Origin: Octopus vulgaris | Lineage: Eukaryota | NCBI GenBank assembly: GCA_951406725.2 | Contig: OX597818.1 | Location: 94,488,001 to 94,552,000 of the forward strand | Length of the DNA stretch: 64,000 bases | Reading direction: 5' to 3' | Shown: positions 14,397-29,551 of the stretch, one piece after another | Layout: each line of letters starts with the position of its first letter | Position numbering within the stretch: position 1 is the first letter of the stretch | Position numbers and translations under genes: made by a program | The notes under the pieces: model-generated | The model's database searches: none | The model's input: the letters and a program-made list of their open reading frames with translations, nothing else | Told to the model about the DNA's origin: nothing

Positions 14397-14780
14397 TCAT
14401 TGCCAATTTAGCAACATGCACATGAAAGGTTGCATCATTACTCTTGTAAATGCCCAGGTCTCGCACTGATTGTACCACTGGGTTGCAATCCCTCCAGGTC
14501 CAGTGTATTTATTGGGTATTGCATTTAGTTTTACATGCTGATAGCACAAAGCTTGAAACTTTTCAGCATTAAACAGCATGCTATTCTTTTCAGACCACTT
14601 GTTTGTACGTTTCATCCAGCTCACATTGCAGGTGCATAGTGTCTTCAGGGTTCTGTATTACCTGTGAAACTTTTGTATCATCTGCATAACTTGTGATCAT
14701 GGCTCTCTATGTGGCTGATGGCATGTCTAAGTGTACCATTATGAACAGCATTGGTCCTAAAACAGTGCCTTTTGGAACAC
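14397..14780 (-). mobile_element. Internal RT fragment of CR1-group LINE family A
   Basis: Colinear with about 19700-20070 (YADD region, KWSEKNSMLFNAEKFQAL). Confidence 0.85.
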
Positions 14781-15411
14781 TTATATATATATATATATAC
14801 TTGTATCAAAGTTATATAGCTTTTATTAGGTTATCATTAATGAAAATAGAGGCAAGTGAGAATGAGAGACTGTTGTAAATAAAAACGTATAATGTTGCCT
14901 GGAATGAATTAATAGTGTTTATTAATAAACATTAAAATTTACTCTGCAGTGAATGGAATGAATATTTAAATTTATAAAGAATTGAACACTGTGAATGCAA
15001 TGAATATTAAAATTTGCAAGAATTTGGAGTTAAAATAATTCAACAAACTTCAGAAATTGACATTATAAACAATTTTTTAGAACATGAATTTATGAAAATA
15101 TTTCCAGACGGTTAAGCTCTTAATATTGCCTTCTTTTCGTACTTTTAGTAATTGTTACATACCTAATTAATAAGCAGTTTTCTCCTTTATAGTATAGATG
15201 TATGTCTGTCAGTCTGTCTAATACACACACAATCATATAGACATTTATATATAAATATACCAAGGAAATGACTAGTGACTGAGACCTTTGGAAAAATGCC
15301 GTGCATGAGAAGACCCGGCAAGCCAAATGAAACCATAATCTCATGGCCTATGCCAGGGGCGTAACCAGCCCACTTGTGCGTAACCTTTTTGCTTCTGCTT
15401 GTGAAGACCTA

Positions 15412-16701
15412 CGAGGGACGTTCAGTAAGTAATGCCTCTGACCCACTTGCAGTTGTTTGATCTAGCTGAAATTTTGCATGTGCAATCATTTATATCTCTA
15501 TAGAGTAAGTGGCAAATTACAGCTCTGAATTAATTGTGGTTTCTGATTTACAGGTGTTTGAACCGAGTCAAGTGTGAAATGGAGCCTGTTGAGTGTCGAG
15601 CAGTGATCCGGTTTTTGTATTTGAAAGGACGCACACCACGGGAGACTTTTGATGAAATGAAAGTAACTTATGGTGATGATGCCCCATCATATGACCTTGT
15701 AAAACGCTGGCATCGTGAATTCAAACATGGTCAGAACTCTGTGGAAACAGCTCCCAGATCCGGTCGCCCCCTTCTGCCATTGATAAGGCATCTGTCCGTC
15801 AAGTTGAGGCTGCCATTTTGGAAGATCGACACATAATTATTCGCCAAATAGCCCATGAGGTCAAGATTAGTACCGGGTCTGTGGAAACTATCATTCATGA
15901 CCATTTGCATATGCAAAAGGTGTCTGCCAGATGGATTCCCAGGTTGCTCACGCCTTTCCAGAAGCAAGAACGCGTCGAGTGCTTGAGGGTGAATTTGGAG
16001 ATGTGCCAAGAAGATGAGTCAAAATTTTTCAGAAGACTGATTACACAGGATGAAACCTGGGTCCATCACGATGATCCAGAGACCAAAGCCCAGTCAATGC
16101 AGTGGAAGCACCGTGACTCACCCCCTCCAAAGAAGGCAAGGGTGCAGCCCTCCGCTGGCAAGGTCATGCTCACAGTGTTCTGGGACCAGGACGGAGTAGT
16201 GATGACAGATTTCCTGGCAAAGGGTACCACAATTGCAGGAGCCTATTATGCTTCACTTTTGAGGAAATTAAGAGAAGTTATCAAAATCAAGAGGCGGGGC
16301 AAGATCAGCAAAGGCATCCTCCTCCTGCAGGACAACGCTATGGTCCACAACTCGCTTGTCGCCAGATCAGAAGCACAGGTGTATGGCTATGAACTCCTCC
16401 CCTTCCCCCTACTTTCCTGATCTTGCACCCTCTGATTTTCACCTCTTCCCAATCATGAAGTTGTTTTTGAAAGGAAAGCGTTTCCCAGATGATGCAGCCT
16501 TGATTTCTGAAGTCACGTTGAGGTTGGAGGACCAAGCTGGGTTCTTCTACAAAAATGGTCTCCAGAGCCGCATCAAACGATGGGAGAAATGCGTAACTCT
16601 GGGTGGTTCCTATGTAGAAAAAGACTAATAACTGTGCCAAGTTTCGTTGCTCTACTGCTATGGGAAGTGGGTCAGGGGCATTACTTATTGAACACCCCTC
16701 G
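15412..16701 (+). mobile_element. Full-length mariner (DD34D) DNA transposon, family 1 (irritans-like TIR)
   Basis: TIRs cgagggacgttcagtaagtaatgcctctgacccactt and aagtgggtcaggggcattacttattgaacacccctcg; TA duplication at 15410-15411 and 16702-16703; 1290 bp. Confidence 0.95.
15579..16628 (+). pseudogene. Mariner transposase with two frameshifts
   Basis: N-terminal HTH region (RAVIRFL...PRSGRP), WIPRLL, TQDETW, LLQDNA, PYFPDLAPSDFHLF spread across three ORF-track segments. Confidence 0.93.
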
Positions 16702-17198
16702 TATTGAGGCAAGTGAAATCAAATCAATCAAAATCAAATTCGATGAATGGCATCCGTGCTGGCAGGGTGCAAAGAGCACCATATGAGCGTGATCATTGAC
16801 AGAGCAGCTAACCGGCTTCCGTGCCAGTGGCACTTAAAGGGCACCATTCGAGTGTGATCATTACCAAAGTCGCCAGGCACCATTCGAGCGTGATCATTAC
16901 CAAAGTCGCCTTACTGGCACCTGTGCTGGTGGCATGTGTAAAAGGATTCGAGTGAGGTCGTTGCCAGTACCACCTGACTGGCCCCTGTGCCAGTGGCATG
17001 TAAAAAGCACCCACTACACTCTCGGAGTGGTTGGCGTTAGGAAGGGCATCCAGCTGTAGAAACTCTGCCAAATCAAGATTGGAGCCTGGTGCAACCATCT
17101 GGTTCGCCAGCCCTCAGTCAAAATCGTCCAACCCATGCCAGCATGGAAAGCGGACGTTAAACGATGATGATGATGATGATGATATATGTATGTGTATG

Positions 17199-17231
<33 letters not shown>

Positions 17232-17447
17232 GTATGTGTATGTATGTATATATATGTATGTATGTATGTATGTATATATATATGTATGTGTATGTATGTA
17301 TATATATATGTATGTGTATGTATATATATATATATATATGTATGTATATATATATATATATATACATACATATACATATACATATATACACATACATACA
17401 TATATACATACATATATATATACATATATATACATACATACACATAC

Positions 17448-17478
<31 letters not shown>

Positions 17479-18176
17479 CATACACATACATATATCATCA
17501 TCATCATCATCATCGTTTAACGTCCGCTTTCCATGCTGGCATGGGTTGGACGATTTTGACTGAGGGCTGGCGAACCAGATGGTTGCACCAGGCTCCAATC
17601 TTGATTTGGCAGAGTTTCTACAGCTGGATGCCCTTCCTAACGCCAACCACTCCGAGAGTGTAGTGGGTGCTTTTTACATGCCACTGGCACAGGGGCCAGT
17701 CAGGTGGTACTGGCAACGACCTCACTCGAATCCTTTTACACATGCCACCAGCACAGGTGCCAGTAAGGCGACTTTGGTAATGATCACGCTCGAATGGTGC
17801 CTGGCGACTTTGGTAATGATCACACTCGAATGGTGCCCTTTAAGTGCCACTGGCACGGAAGCCGGTTAGCTGCTCTGTCAATGATCACGCTCATATGGTG
17901 CTCTTTGCACCCTGCCAGCACGGATGCCATTCATCGAATTTGATTTTGATTGATTTGATTTCACTTGCCTCAATACGAGGGGTGTTCAATAAGTAATGCC
18001 CCTGACCCACTTCCCATAGCAGTAGAGCAACGAAACTTGGCACAGTTATTAGTCTTTTTCTACATAGGAACCACCCAGAGTTACGCATTTCTCCCATCGT
18101 TTGATGCGGTTCTGGAGACCATTTTTGTAGAAGAACCCAGCTTGGTCCTCCAACCTCAACGTGACTTCAGAAATCA
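16501..18176. repeat. About 1.68-kb near-perfect fold-back (inverted duplication, arms about 700 bp) centred at 17338/17339
   Basis: Mirror ORF coordinates sum to 34677; I see one mismatch in the unique part of the arms (ccagagccg vs ccagaaccg). Confidence 0.95.
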
Positions 18177-18221
18177 TATGTGTATGTATGTATATATATA
18201 TATATATGTATGTGTATGTAT

Positions 18222-18253
<32 letters not shown>

Positions 18254-18985
18254 ATGTATATATATATGTATGTGTATGTATGTATATATATATATATATA
18301 TATGTGTATGTATGTATATATATATATATATATATGTATGTGTATGTATATATATATATATATATGTATGTGTATGTATATATATATATATATGTATGTG
18401 TATTTATGTATATATATATGTATGTGTATGTATATATATATATATATGTATGTGTATGTATGTATATATATATGTATGTGTATGTATGTATATATATATA
18501 TGTATGTGTATGTATGTGTATATATATATGTATGTGTATATATATATGTATGTGTATATGTATGTGTATGTATGTATATATATATATGTATGTGTATGTA
18601 TGTATATATATATATGTATGTGTATGTATGTATATATATATATGTATGTGTATGTATGTATATATATGTATGTGTATGTATGTATATATATGTATGTGTA
18701 TGTATGTATATATATGTATGTGTATGTATGTATATATGTATGTATGTATGTATATATTTATGTATGTATGTATATATATATATATGTATGCGTATGTATG
18801 TATATATATATGTATGCGTATGTATGTATATATATATATATGTATGCGTATGTATATATATATATATGTATGTGTATGTATGTATATATATGTATGTGTA
18901 TGTATGTATATATATATATGTATGTGTATGTATGTATATATATATATGTGTATGTATGTATATATATATATGTGTATGTATGTAT
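18177..18985. repeat. (TATGTG/TATG/TA)n microsatellite
   Basis: Same motif type as 17185-17345. Confidence 0.95.
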
Positions 18986-21212
18986 TGATTGATTGATTGA
19001 TTCTAGTTTTAGCTTATGAGCTGTGGCCATGCTGGGGCACCGCCATTTGGTGTTGCTACTTGGTTTCACTTCATGGAGGCTTTCTAGCAACTGCTATTTG
19101 GTGCATGAGAGAGTTTGATGCAGCTGCCCTCATCTGCCCCTCCTGCCGTGAAGTTGGTTCATCTGGGACACCTGACAGGAAGAGATCCAGCTTCATTTTA
19201 AAGACATCTGTATCCACCCCATGCAGGTCTCTCAGGTTCTTCGGGAGGATATTGAAGAGCTGTGGGCCTCGGAAGCCCAGGCTATCACAGAATCTTGTCC
19301 TACATCTTGATGGCAGGTTTGGAGTCCTAGGCACCACGCAGTGGCGCCCAGTTCTGGCATTTGCGTAACTCTCGATGCCAAAGTTCAGGACACTTCCCTC
19401 CAGGATCTTCCAGATGTATATTATGGCATATCTTTCCCGCCTATGCTCCAGGGAATATAATTTTAATCTCTTGAGTCTTTCCCAGTAGCTTATATGCTGC
19501 ATAGAGGCTATCTTCTTTGTGTAGCTTCGTTGGATCGCCTCAAGTTCTGTGATCAACTTGACACTGGATGGTGACCATAGCTGAGAGCAATAGTCAAAGT
19601 GGCTTAGGACAAGTGTCTTCCAGAGGACCATCATGGTTTCTTGTTCTCTTGTTCTAAAGGTTCTAAGAATCCATCCAGCCAGCCGTCTACATTTCATTGT
19701 CAGTTTAGCAACATGTACATGAAAGGTCGTGTCATCACTCATGTGAATACCCAGGTCACGCACTGATTGTGCCTCTGGGATTGCAATCCCTCCGGGTCCA
19801 GTGTATTCATTGGGTATTGCATTCAGTTTTGCATGCTGATAGTATAAAGCTTGAAACTTTCCAGCATTGAACTGCATGCTATTCTTTTCAGCCCACTTGT
19901 ATATTTCGTCCAGCTCACATTGCAGGTGTTTAGTGTCCTCAGGGTTCTGTATTGCCTGTGAAACTTTTGTATCATCTGCATAACTTGTGATCGTGGCTCT
20001 CTGCGTGGCTGAGAGCATGTCTGAGAGGGCCATTATGAACAGTAGTGGTCCCAGAACAGTGCCCTGCGGAACACCGCTCACTATTTGTGTGTTAATGGAG
20101 GTGGCCCCATTGGCTACTACCACCTGACTTCTATCCTTCAGAAAGTCATGAAGCCATTCTCCCAGTTTTCCAACTATGTTGAGATCACGCAGTTTGTGAC
20201 ATATCATTCCATGATCGACTTTATCAAAGGCCTTTGCAAAGTCGAGATATATCACTTCCACATTTGAGTGGTTGAGCAGCCGTTTCAGCACCCAGTCATA
20301 GTGTTGTAGGAGCTGAGTTAAACAGCTTCTCCCTGGTCGGAAACCACGTTGGGTGTCGGGCAGCAAGTCATTCTCTTCAAGGAAGGTGATCAGCTTCCTT
20401 CTGACTATTCGTTCCATGACCTTGCTGATGTGTGAGGTCAGAGAGATAGGTCTATAGTTCTTGGCTTCCGCTCTGCTACCTCCTTTATGAATGGGGCATA
20501 TTTTACCTTCCTTCAGTTTTCCTGGAAGTTTGCCAGCTGCAAGGAAGCTCTGAAAGAGGAACTGCAGTGGTCTTGCTAGGACTCTCTTACATGCTTTTAG
20601 GAGGATTGCCGGGAATCCATCGGGGCCAGTAGCTGAGTCTGTTTTCATTTCATCTATAGCCTTGGTTACATCGTCTTCCTTTATATCGATGTAATCTATC
20701 GTCGCCGCCTCTGATTTTATATCTGCAGTGGTAAAAAAGTCAGTTGGATTGGTGATTTGGAGATGCCCAAGGGGTGGAGTGAAAACACTCTTGAATTGCT
20801 CATTCAGTATTTCACTTACCCTCATTGGTTTACCTGTAAGTGTGCCATCCTCTTCGAGGAGTGGCCCTATTCTACAGTGCACTGTAGCTGTTTCTTTGGC
20901 ATACCTGTAGAAAGCTCTGGGGTTAGATTTTATGTTTTCTATAGCCTAGGCTTCTTTGTCTGCTCTTTCTTTTTCATGGGAGAGTTGCAGACATTTTTCG
21001 ATTTCCAACAGTTTTATTTTTAGGCGGGACTTTTCACTGCTTTCAATCTGTTTGTTTAGGCGATTTGAAAATTTCGTACGCCGTCTCATTAAAATTTTCC
21101 TCTCTCTGGGGATTTTGTTCTTGTGTACAGTGGCCTTTCTCTCTGGGACACATTTGTAGCATATGGCTTGCATTACAGACATGAATTGTTGAAGTTTCAC
21201 GTCGATGTCTGT
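18986..21212 (-). mobile_element. 5'-truncated CR1-group (CR1/L2/Jockey-type) LINE family A, 3' tail (ATCA)n
   Basis: RT motifs [52 protein letters not shown]; 3' UTR ends at (ttga)n on the + strand. Confidence 0.93.
19071..21212 (-). pseudogene. LINE ORF2 reverse transcriptase, one in-frame stop at 20946-20948, no endonuclease domain
   Basis: ORFs 20946-21200 and 19071-20882 are in the same frame, separated by one TAG. Confidence 0.9.
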
Positions 21213-21420
21213 TTACGTATATATGTATATAAAATTTAGTATTAAATCAAATTTCACAATATAAATATGTAATATATATAAATTAGAGGAAAACCACTAT
21301 TATGCCATTCAAACAAAGATAGACAGAAACCAAATCATTAATAAAAAGAGAATATATTTTAAATCCTATAACAACATCACAAACGGTAGAAATATGAATA
21401 AAGAATATATAAGTAAAAAA

Positions 21421-21525
21421 GTCTACATATGTTTAATGGCTATAATTTAAATTCAAATGAAAATTAAATTTCAATTAAATAGAAAAACAGTTCAATTTAA
21501 AATTATAGTCAATCCTCAGGTCAAC
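21421..21525 (-). ncRNA. Decayed hammerhead remnant with extended stem II
   Basis: Minus strand: CTGAGGA-ttgactataattt...aaattatagccat-TAAA-c-atat-g-TA; G12 changed to T and stem I poor, but the same ACATATGT stem III as at 6456-6463. Confidence 0.35.
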
Positions 21526-21825
21526 AATACAGAAATATAATCATGATTGTTCTTATAGAAGAAACTCCATTAACTAAATTTGAAACTTAAAACATTCGGA
21601 CCAGGTGCCTATAATACATTTATTATGTTAAATATTTAAAGTAAAAAAATAATTTAGCTTTATGAAAAAACATTAAGAAACCATAGATTATCTTTACCCT
21701 AACTATACTCTAATATTTCAAATACCAAACTGTTTTACAAAACAATCACACTTAATATTTTTAGATTTTAGTTCACATATATAAATACTAAAATGATAAA
21801 ATTATAAAATTATATAAAAGTATGT

Positions 21826-22822
21826 ATCACAACTTATGCAGATGATACAAAAGTTTCACAGGCAATACAGAACCCCGAAGACACTAAGCACCTGCAATGT
21901 GAGCTGGACAAAATATACAAGTGGGCTGAAAAGAATAGCATGCAGTTCAATGCTGAAAAGTTTCAAGCTTTATACTATCAGCAAGCAAAACTAAATGCAA
22001 TACCCAATAAATACACTGGACCTGAAGGGATTGCAATCCCAGAGGCACAATCAGTGCGAGACCTGGCTATTTACATGAGTGATGATGCAACCTTTCATCT
22101 GCATGTTGCTAAATTGGCAATGAAATGTAGGCGGCTGACCGGATGTATTCTTAGAACCTTTAGAACAAGAGACTAGGAAACCATGATGGTCCTCTGGAGG
22201 ACACTTGTCCTAAGCCACTTTGACTATTGCTCTCAGCTATGATCACCATCCAGTGTCAAATTAATCACAGAACTTGAGGCGATCCAACGAAGCTACACGA
22301 AGATAGCCTCTGTGCAGCATATAAGCTATTGGGAAAGACTCAAGAGATTGAGACTCTATTCCTTAGACCGTAGGCGAGAAAGATATGCCATAATATACAT
22401 CTGAAAGCTCCTAGAAGGACTTGTCCCAAAATTTGGCATCGAGAGTTACACAAATGCCAGAACTGGGCGCCACTGCATAGTGCTAAGGACTCCAAATTTG
22501 ACATCAAGATGTAGGACAAGATACTGTGATAGCCTGGGCTTCCAAGGCCCACAGCTCTTCAATATCCTCCCAAAGAACCTAAGAGACCTGCATGGTGTGG
22601 ATGCAGATGTCTTTAAAATGAAACTGGATCTCTTCTTGTCAGGTGTCCCAGATGAACCAACTTCACGGCAGGAGGTGCAGATGAGGGCAGCTGCATCGAA
22701 CTCTCTCATGCACCAGATGGCGTTTGCTAAAAAGCATTTGTGAAGTAAAATCATGTAGCAACACCAAATGGCGGTGCCCCAGCATGGCCACAGCTTGTGA
22801 GCTGAAACTAAATAAAATAAAA
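21826..22822 (+). mobile_element. Second 3' copy of CR1-group LINE family A (several stops), inverted relative to 18986-21212
   Basis: Starts at the YADD region (ttatgcagatgatacaaaagt) and ends ggcggtgccccagcatggccacagcttgtgagctgaaac followed by an A-rich tail. Confidence 0.92.
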
Positions 22823-23034
22823 AATTTAAAAAAATCTAAATTATAATCAACAAATATAGCAATTAGAAATGCATATTTTTTCAATCAGTAAACATATAAA
22901 TAAATAAATAAATTACTCCATTATTACTTAAATAAATATTATAGATATCATTTCAAACATATTAATATATAAATAATAAAAAATTCTAAAACTAAAAATG
23001 TATACGTTTATAGAATTATTTGTGAATAAAGTAC

Positions 23035-23080
<46 letters not shown>

Positions 23081-24499
23081 ATTTAATAGTACTAGAAATA
23101 TAATAAAAACCTTTACTTATATTAAAACATAATATTTTACAATTTACGTTCACATATGATAATAATAATTAAATAAATGTACGTATCTAAATTATCATTA
23201 ACTAATAAAAAAAATTAGAAATTCATATTTATCAATCAATACTTATATAGAGTACATTATTATTTCTTAAATAAAAATGTATACTTATCTCTCCAAAGAT
23301 GTATTATGAACTAAAAAATTTCAAAACGAAAACGTATTACTTTGCGTTTATAAATTTACTCATGAAAACGTGGCTTAAAGAAATAGAACAAACAGTTGGA
23401 AATATACATTTTATCAATGAGAACTACAAATATATTTTAGCTTTAACAAAAAGAGAATAAAATCTCTAAGAGAGAATAAAATCAACAAACAGTAGGATAT
23501 CATTCACTAGAAACCTAAAAATTTTTAATTAACTACGATAAAATACAAATATATTCAAATTACCACATAGTTAAATTAATTTATATAACTGCAATTTACT
23601 CTATATTCTCTAATACCCTTATACAAATTTATTTGTTTCTTTCATATAAATATGGTTGCACTGGAGCCCCACCTTTATTCGAACAAATCAATCCCTGGAC
23701 CCATTCTATATAAACATAGTACTAATTCAATCAGTATCAATTTTCTAAATACTAATTTAATATACTTAAGTTAATCTAAAAACTATAATGTAATTAATAT
23801 TCATTAATAAAATATTTATTAATTAAATAAACATCTAAAATAAATCTAATTCAAAATATATAATACAAAGTCATGTTGACTAATATACAAAACATCATCA
23901 GAAACCATTATACCAAATATATATTATATATCAAATAAATATTCAAAATAAATCCTAACTAATGAATTAAACTTATTATATAAGCAAATTAATTTATATT
24001 TAGATCTAATACTTCGCTCATTAAGGGAATAAATAAAGTACATATTATAAATAAACAGTACATAAAAAAATAATATTTTTGCTACATATTCAAAATTATT
24101 TAACGTTACTAACCTATTTCCCCCCACCCCAAATACTTAATACTTTTAATTTTAGTACACATATAATAAGTATAATAATAATAATAATATCAACAACAAC
24201 AATAATAATGAAATTGCTATCTCTTAATCTATATTCATTAATTAAATTAAATATTTAGTCATTAAATAAACATCAAAATACAATCTAACTCTTAGTCTGT
24301 AAAAACCTTTACTAACTCTTTTTGATTTATATTCAAAACACCCCTACAAAACTACAACCACAATACTACAATAATTAATTAATTAATTAATTAATTTATT
24401 TATTTTATAATAAATATTTAATTTAGACTTATTTAATTATGTAATATACAATATAACCACATGCTAATTTATAGAATTAATACTACTACAAATTATAAC

Positions 24500-25250
24500 T
24501 ACAAACAAATTACTAACAAAAATAGGGTTTAAATATACTCGCTATTTATTTAAAACTTTATTATATAAGTAAAGTAATTTATGTCTACATTTAATTTTAC
24601 GCTTGTCCAATGAATTAACTAATTTATCATGATTATTAAATATTATTTCTTTAAATTCACTAGAACATAATAAACAGGAATTACTACCTATACTATATGA
24701 TTTCACCTTACAAACTATCTCCCACTTTAAATTATACTTAATTCATTTAGATTTAAGTTCCCATATATATTTACTAAGCCCAGTAGAATTCATTAGATTT
24801 CTATTCTTAAAGGAATGCATATACTTAATTTAATTTTAGAAGTAGACCCTATATAGATTACATTTAAGTTATAATTATTCCTATTATTCTCATCAATTAA
24901 AGTAACGATACGTTTATAAACAACATCATGTAAATTACATTTATTTTTAAACTTACAATTATTTTTATCTCTACATGTACAATCAATTAGAACGTTATCT
25001 TTATTATTATTGGAATCATTATAAAATTTCTTTTTGTAAATATTATTCAACTTAAATTCATTAAAAGCAGAAATAATGTTACCTACATTATTAGTGGTAG
25101 AATAACCAACTCCAAAATTATTACTAGAGAAAATTTTTTTATATTTTCGATTATCACGAATGAATTGTTCAATTATATTTAAAATCTCTTTAATAATATT
25201 AGTTTTAACTTGAGCCCCATAAGGAACAATCAACCAAATTTTATTTCTGT
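24500..25250 (-). mobile_element. Penelope-like element fragment (linker plus GIY-YIG)
   Basis: IWLIVPY...KKIF...VGYSTTNNVGNIISAFN...CTCRDKNNCKFKNKC...VVYK...IYIGST, then STGLSKYIWELK and CLLC further downstream. Confidence 0.8.
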
Positions 25251-25284
25251 TATTTATATTATTATTATTATTATTATTACTATT

Positions 25285-26421
25285 CATCATCATCATCATC
25301 ATCATCATTTAGCGTCCGTTCTCCATGCTAGCATGGGTTGGATGGTTCAACTGGGGTCTGTGAAGCTGGAAGGCTTCATCAGGCCCAGTCAGATCTGGCA
25401 GTGTTTCTACGGCTGGATGCCCTTCCTAACGCCAACCACTCCGTGAGTGTAGTGGGTGCTTTTTATGTGCCACCTGCACAGGTGCCAGACAGAGCTGGCA
25501 AACGGCCACGAACGGATGGTGCTTTTACGTGTCACCGGCACGGGGCCAGGCGAGGCTGGCAACGGACACGAACGGATGGTGCTTTTACGTGCCACCACCA
25601 CGGGGGCCAGACAGAGCTGGCAAACGGCCACGAAACGGATGGTGCTTTTACGTGTCACCGGCACGGGGGCTAGGCGAGGCTGGCAACGGGCACGAACGGA
25701 TGGTGCTTTTACATGCCACCGACACGGGGGCCAGACAGGGCTGGCAAACGGCCACGAACGGATGGTGCTTTTACGTGTCACCGGCACGGGGGCCAGGCGA
25801 GGCTGGCAACGGACACGAACGGATGGTGCTTTTACATGTCACCAACATGGGGGCCAGACAGGGCTGGCAAACGGACACGAACGGATGGTGCTTTTACATG
25901 TCACCGACATGGGGACCAGACAGGGCTGGCAAACGGCCACGAACGGATGGTGCTTTTACGTGTCACCGGCACGGGGGCCAGACAGAGCTGGCAAACGGCC
26001 ACGAACGGATGGTGCTTTTACGTGTCACCGGCACGGGGGCCAGACAGAGCTGGCAAACGGCCACAAACGGTTGGTGCTTTTACGTGTCACCGGCACGGGG
26101 GCCAGGCCAGGCTGGCAACGAACACGAACAGATGGTGCTTTTACGTGCCACCGACATGGGGGCCAGACAGGGCTGGCAAACGGCTACGAACGGATGGTAC
26201 TTTTACGTGTCACCTGCACGGGGGCCCTGATGTTGATCGACCTCAATTTGGTTTGATCTTGATTTTGACTGTTCTCACTGGTCTTGCCGGGTTTTCTCAC
26301 GCACAGCATACCTCCAAAGGTCTCGGTCACTGGTCATTTCCTTGGTGAGACCTAAAGTTCGAAGGTCGTGCTTCACCGCCTCGACCCAGGTTTTCCTGGG
26401 TCTACCTCTTCCACAGGTCCC
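25285..26421 (-). mobile_element. RTE 3' end, near-identical to 3808-4640 but with a longer tandem array
   Basis: GTCGRGRPRKTWVEAVKHDLRTLG...REKTRQDQ*, same UTR, (CAT)n at 25285. Confidence 0.92.
25463..26225 (-). repeat. 60-63 bp tandem repeat (about 12 units) in RTE 3' UTR
   Basis: Anchors at 25517, 25577, 25640, 25701, 25763, 25824, 25886, 25948, 26010, 26072, 26133 and 26195. Confidence 0.93.
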
Positions 26422-26539
26422 ATTATTATTATATTTCTTTTTAATATTATCAAAATTATTATTATCATTCATTGAATTAAAATTAGTCTTATTTTGATTT
26501 AATTTTATTGAATTGCATAATAGTGGTTTTTCTCTGATT

Positions 26540-28415
<1,876 letters not shown>

Positions 28416-28417
<2 letters not shown>

Positions 28418-28575
28418 CACAGTTGTGACTGTGTGATCAGAAGCTCGCTTCCCAAGTATATGGTTCCGTGTTCAGTCCCACTGCATTGCATATTAGGCAA
28501 GTGTCTTTTACTATATTCCTCAGGCCAACTGAAGCCTTGTTAGTGGATTTAGTAGAGGAAAACTGAAAGCAGCTC
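28416..28575 (+). mobile_element. SINE family 1, 5' part (tRNA-like head)
   Basis: aggcacagttgtgactgtgtg...ggttccgtgttcagtcccactg...ggcaagtgtct...gccttgttagtggatttagtagaggaaaactgaaag. Confidence 0.7.
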
Positions 28576-28661
28576 CTACTAGATTCAACAAAATATGTTG
28601 CAAAATACAAGTTCACATCGAGTTTCTTGCAAACCAGATACAAAAATGAAGTGTGCATATA

Positions 28662-29551
28662 TTGGGTCATCCCATAAATAATGTGGTTTTTTATACTTCT
28701 TTTATGTTTCAAAATTAAGATAACAAACTTCTTTTTCAATCTAAAATATACTCTCCTTCATTTTCTACAATGCTCTTCCATCTATTTTGGAAGGCCCCTC
28801 TCCCAAAATTCTCTTGTCCATGACAAAAAGTACTCCTCCAGCACAGTTCTGACCTCATCTCCAAACTTCATACCTTCTCTGTCTAAATGATTTTGAAGAC
28901 TGGAATAAATGATGATCACACGGGGAAATGTCTAGCAAATATGGTGGGTGGAGCTTCGTTTCCCATCCAAACTGCTCCAGTCTTTGGAATGTCCTCCTCG
29001 CTGTATGTGACAAGCATTATTCTGATGGAAGAACACCTTTCGTATTGAAATCAAAGATGGGTGCTTTTCTTCTAACACTGACTTAAGCTGCTTCCTATAC
29101 ACCTCCTTGGTTATAATTTGGTTTGGGTTTTAAAGTTCAAAGTGGATAAACCTTTCATATTCCACCAAATATAGCAACACCTTATATGGGTGAAGACCTT
29201 TAGCCTGGAGTGTCAGTGTTTCGCCTTTCCCTACCAACTGTCTTTGGTGTTTGACCTTTTTATAGAGAACCCGTTTATTGTCACCAATCACTATTCAGTC
29301 CAAAACTGGTTCATTCATGAAATATGGCAGCAAAGAAGATTACGCTTTCACTCTCTGCGCATGATTAGACTTGGAAAGTTTGTGAAGAAACCATCGATCC
29401 AATGTACTGACTTTTCTGATGGCATACAGGTGTCGATGAAAGGCTGAATGACCAAATCCAAGCTTCTCTGCTAGTTCCTCAACAGTTATGATGAGGTTTA
29501 GTTCCACCAAGTTTTGCAGGACATCTTTGTTGAGCTCTATAGATCTTCCAG
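28662..29551 (-). mobile_element. Mariner family 2, 5'-truncated degenerate copy with right TIR
   Basis: TA followed by ttgggtcatcccataaataatgtgg; reverse-complement match to about 39440-40346. Confidence 0.88.

Larger units (their letters stand above)
15260..17183 (+). mobile_element. RTE 3' end interrupted by a mariner insertion
   Basis: ccaaggaaatgactagtgactgagacctttgg...gtgaagacct[TA-mariner-TA]ttgaggcaagt...aaac(gat)n; the uninterrupted site reads tgaagatctgttgaggcaagt at about 9221. Confidence 0.88.

Noticed and set aside
25463-26225. CRISPR-like appearance of the 60-63 bp arrays (also 3985-4445)
   Set aside because: The would-be spacers are a few recurring variants rather than unique sequences; the arrays lie in a LINE 3' UTR in eukaryotic DNA with no cas genes.
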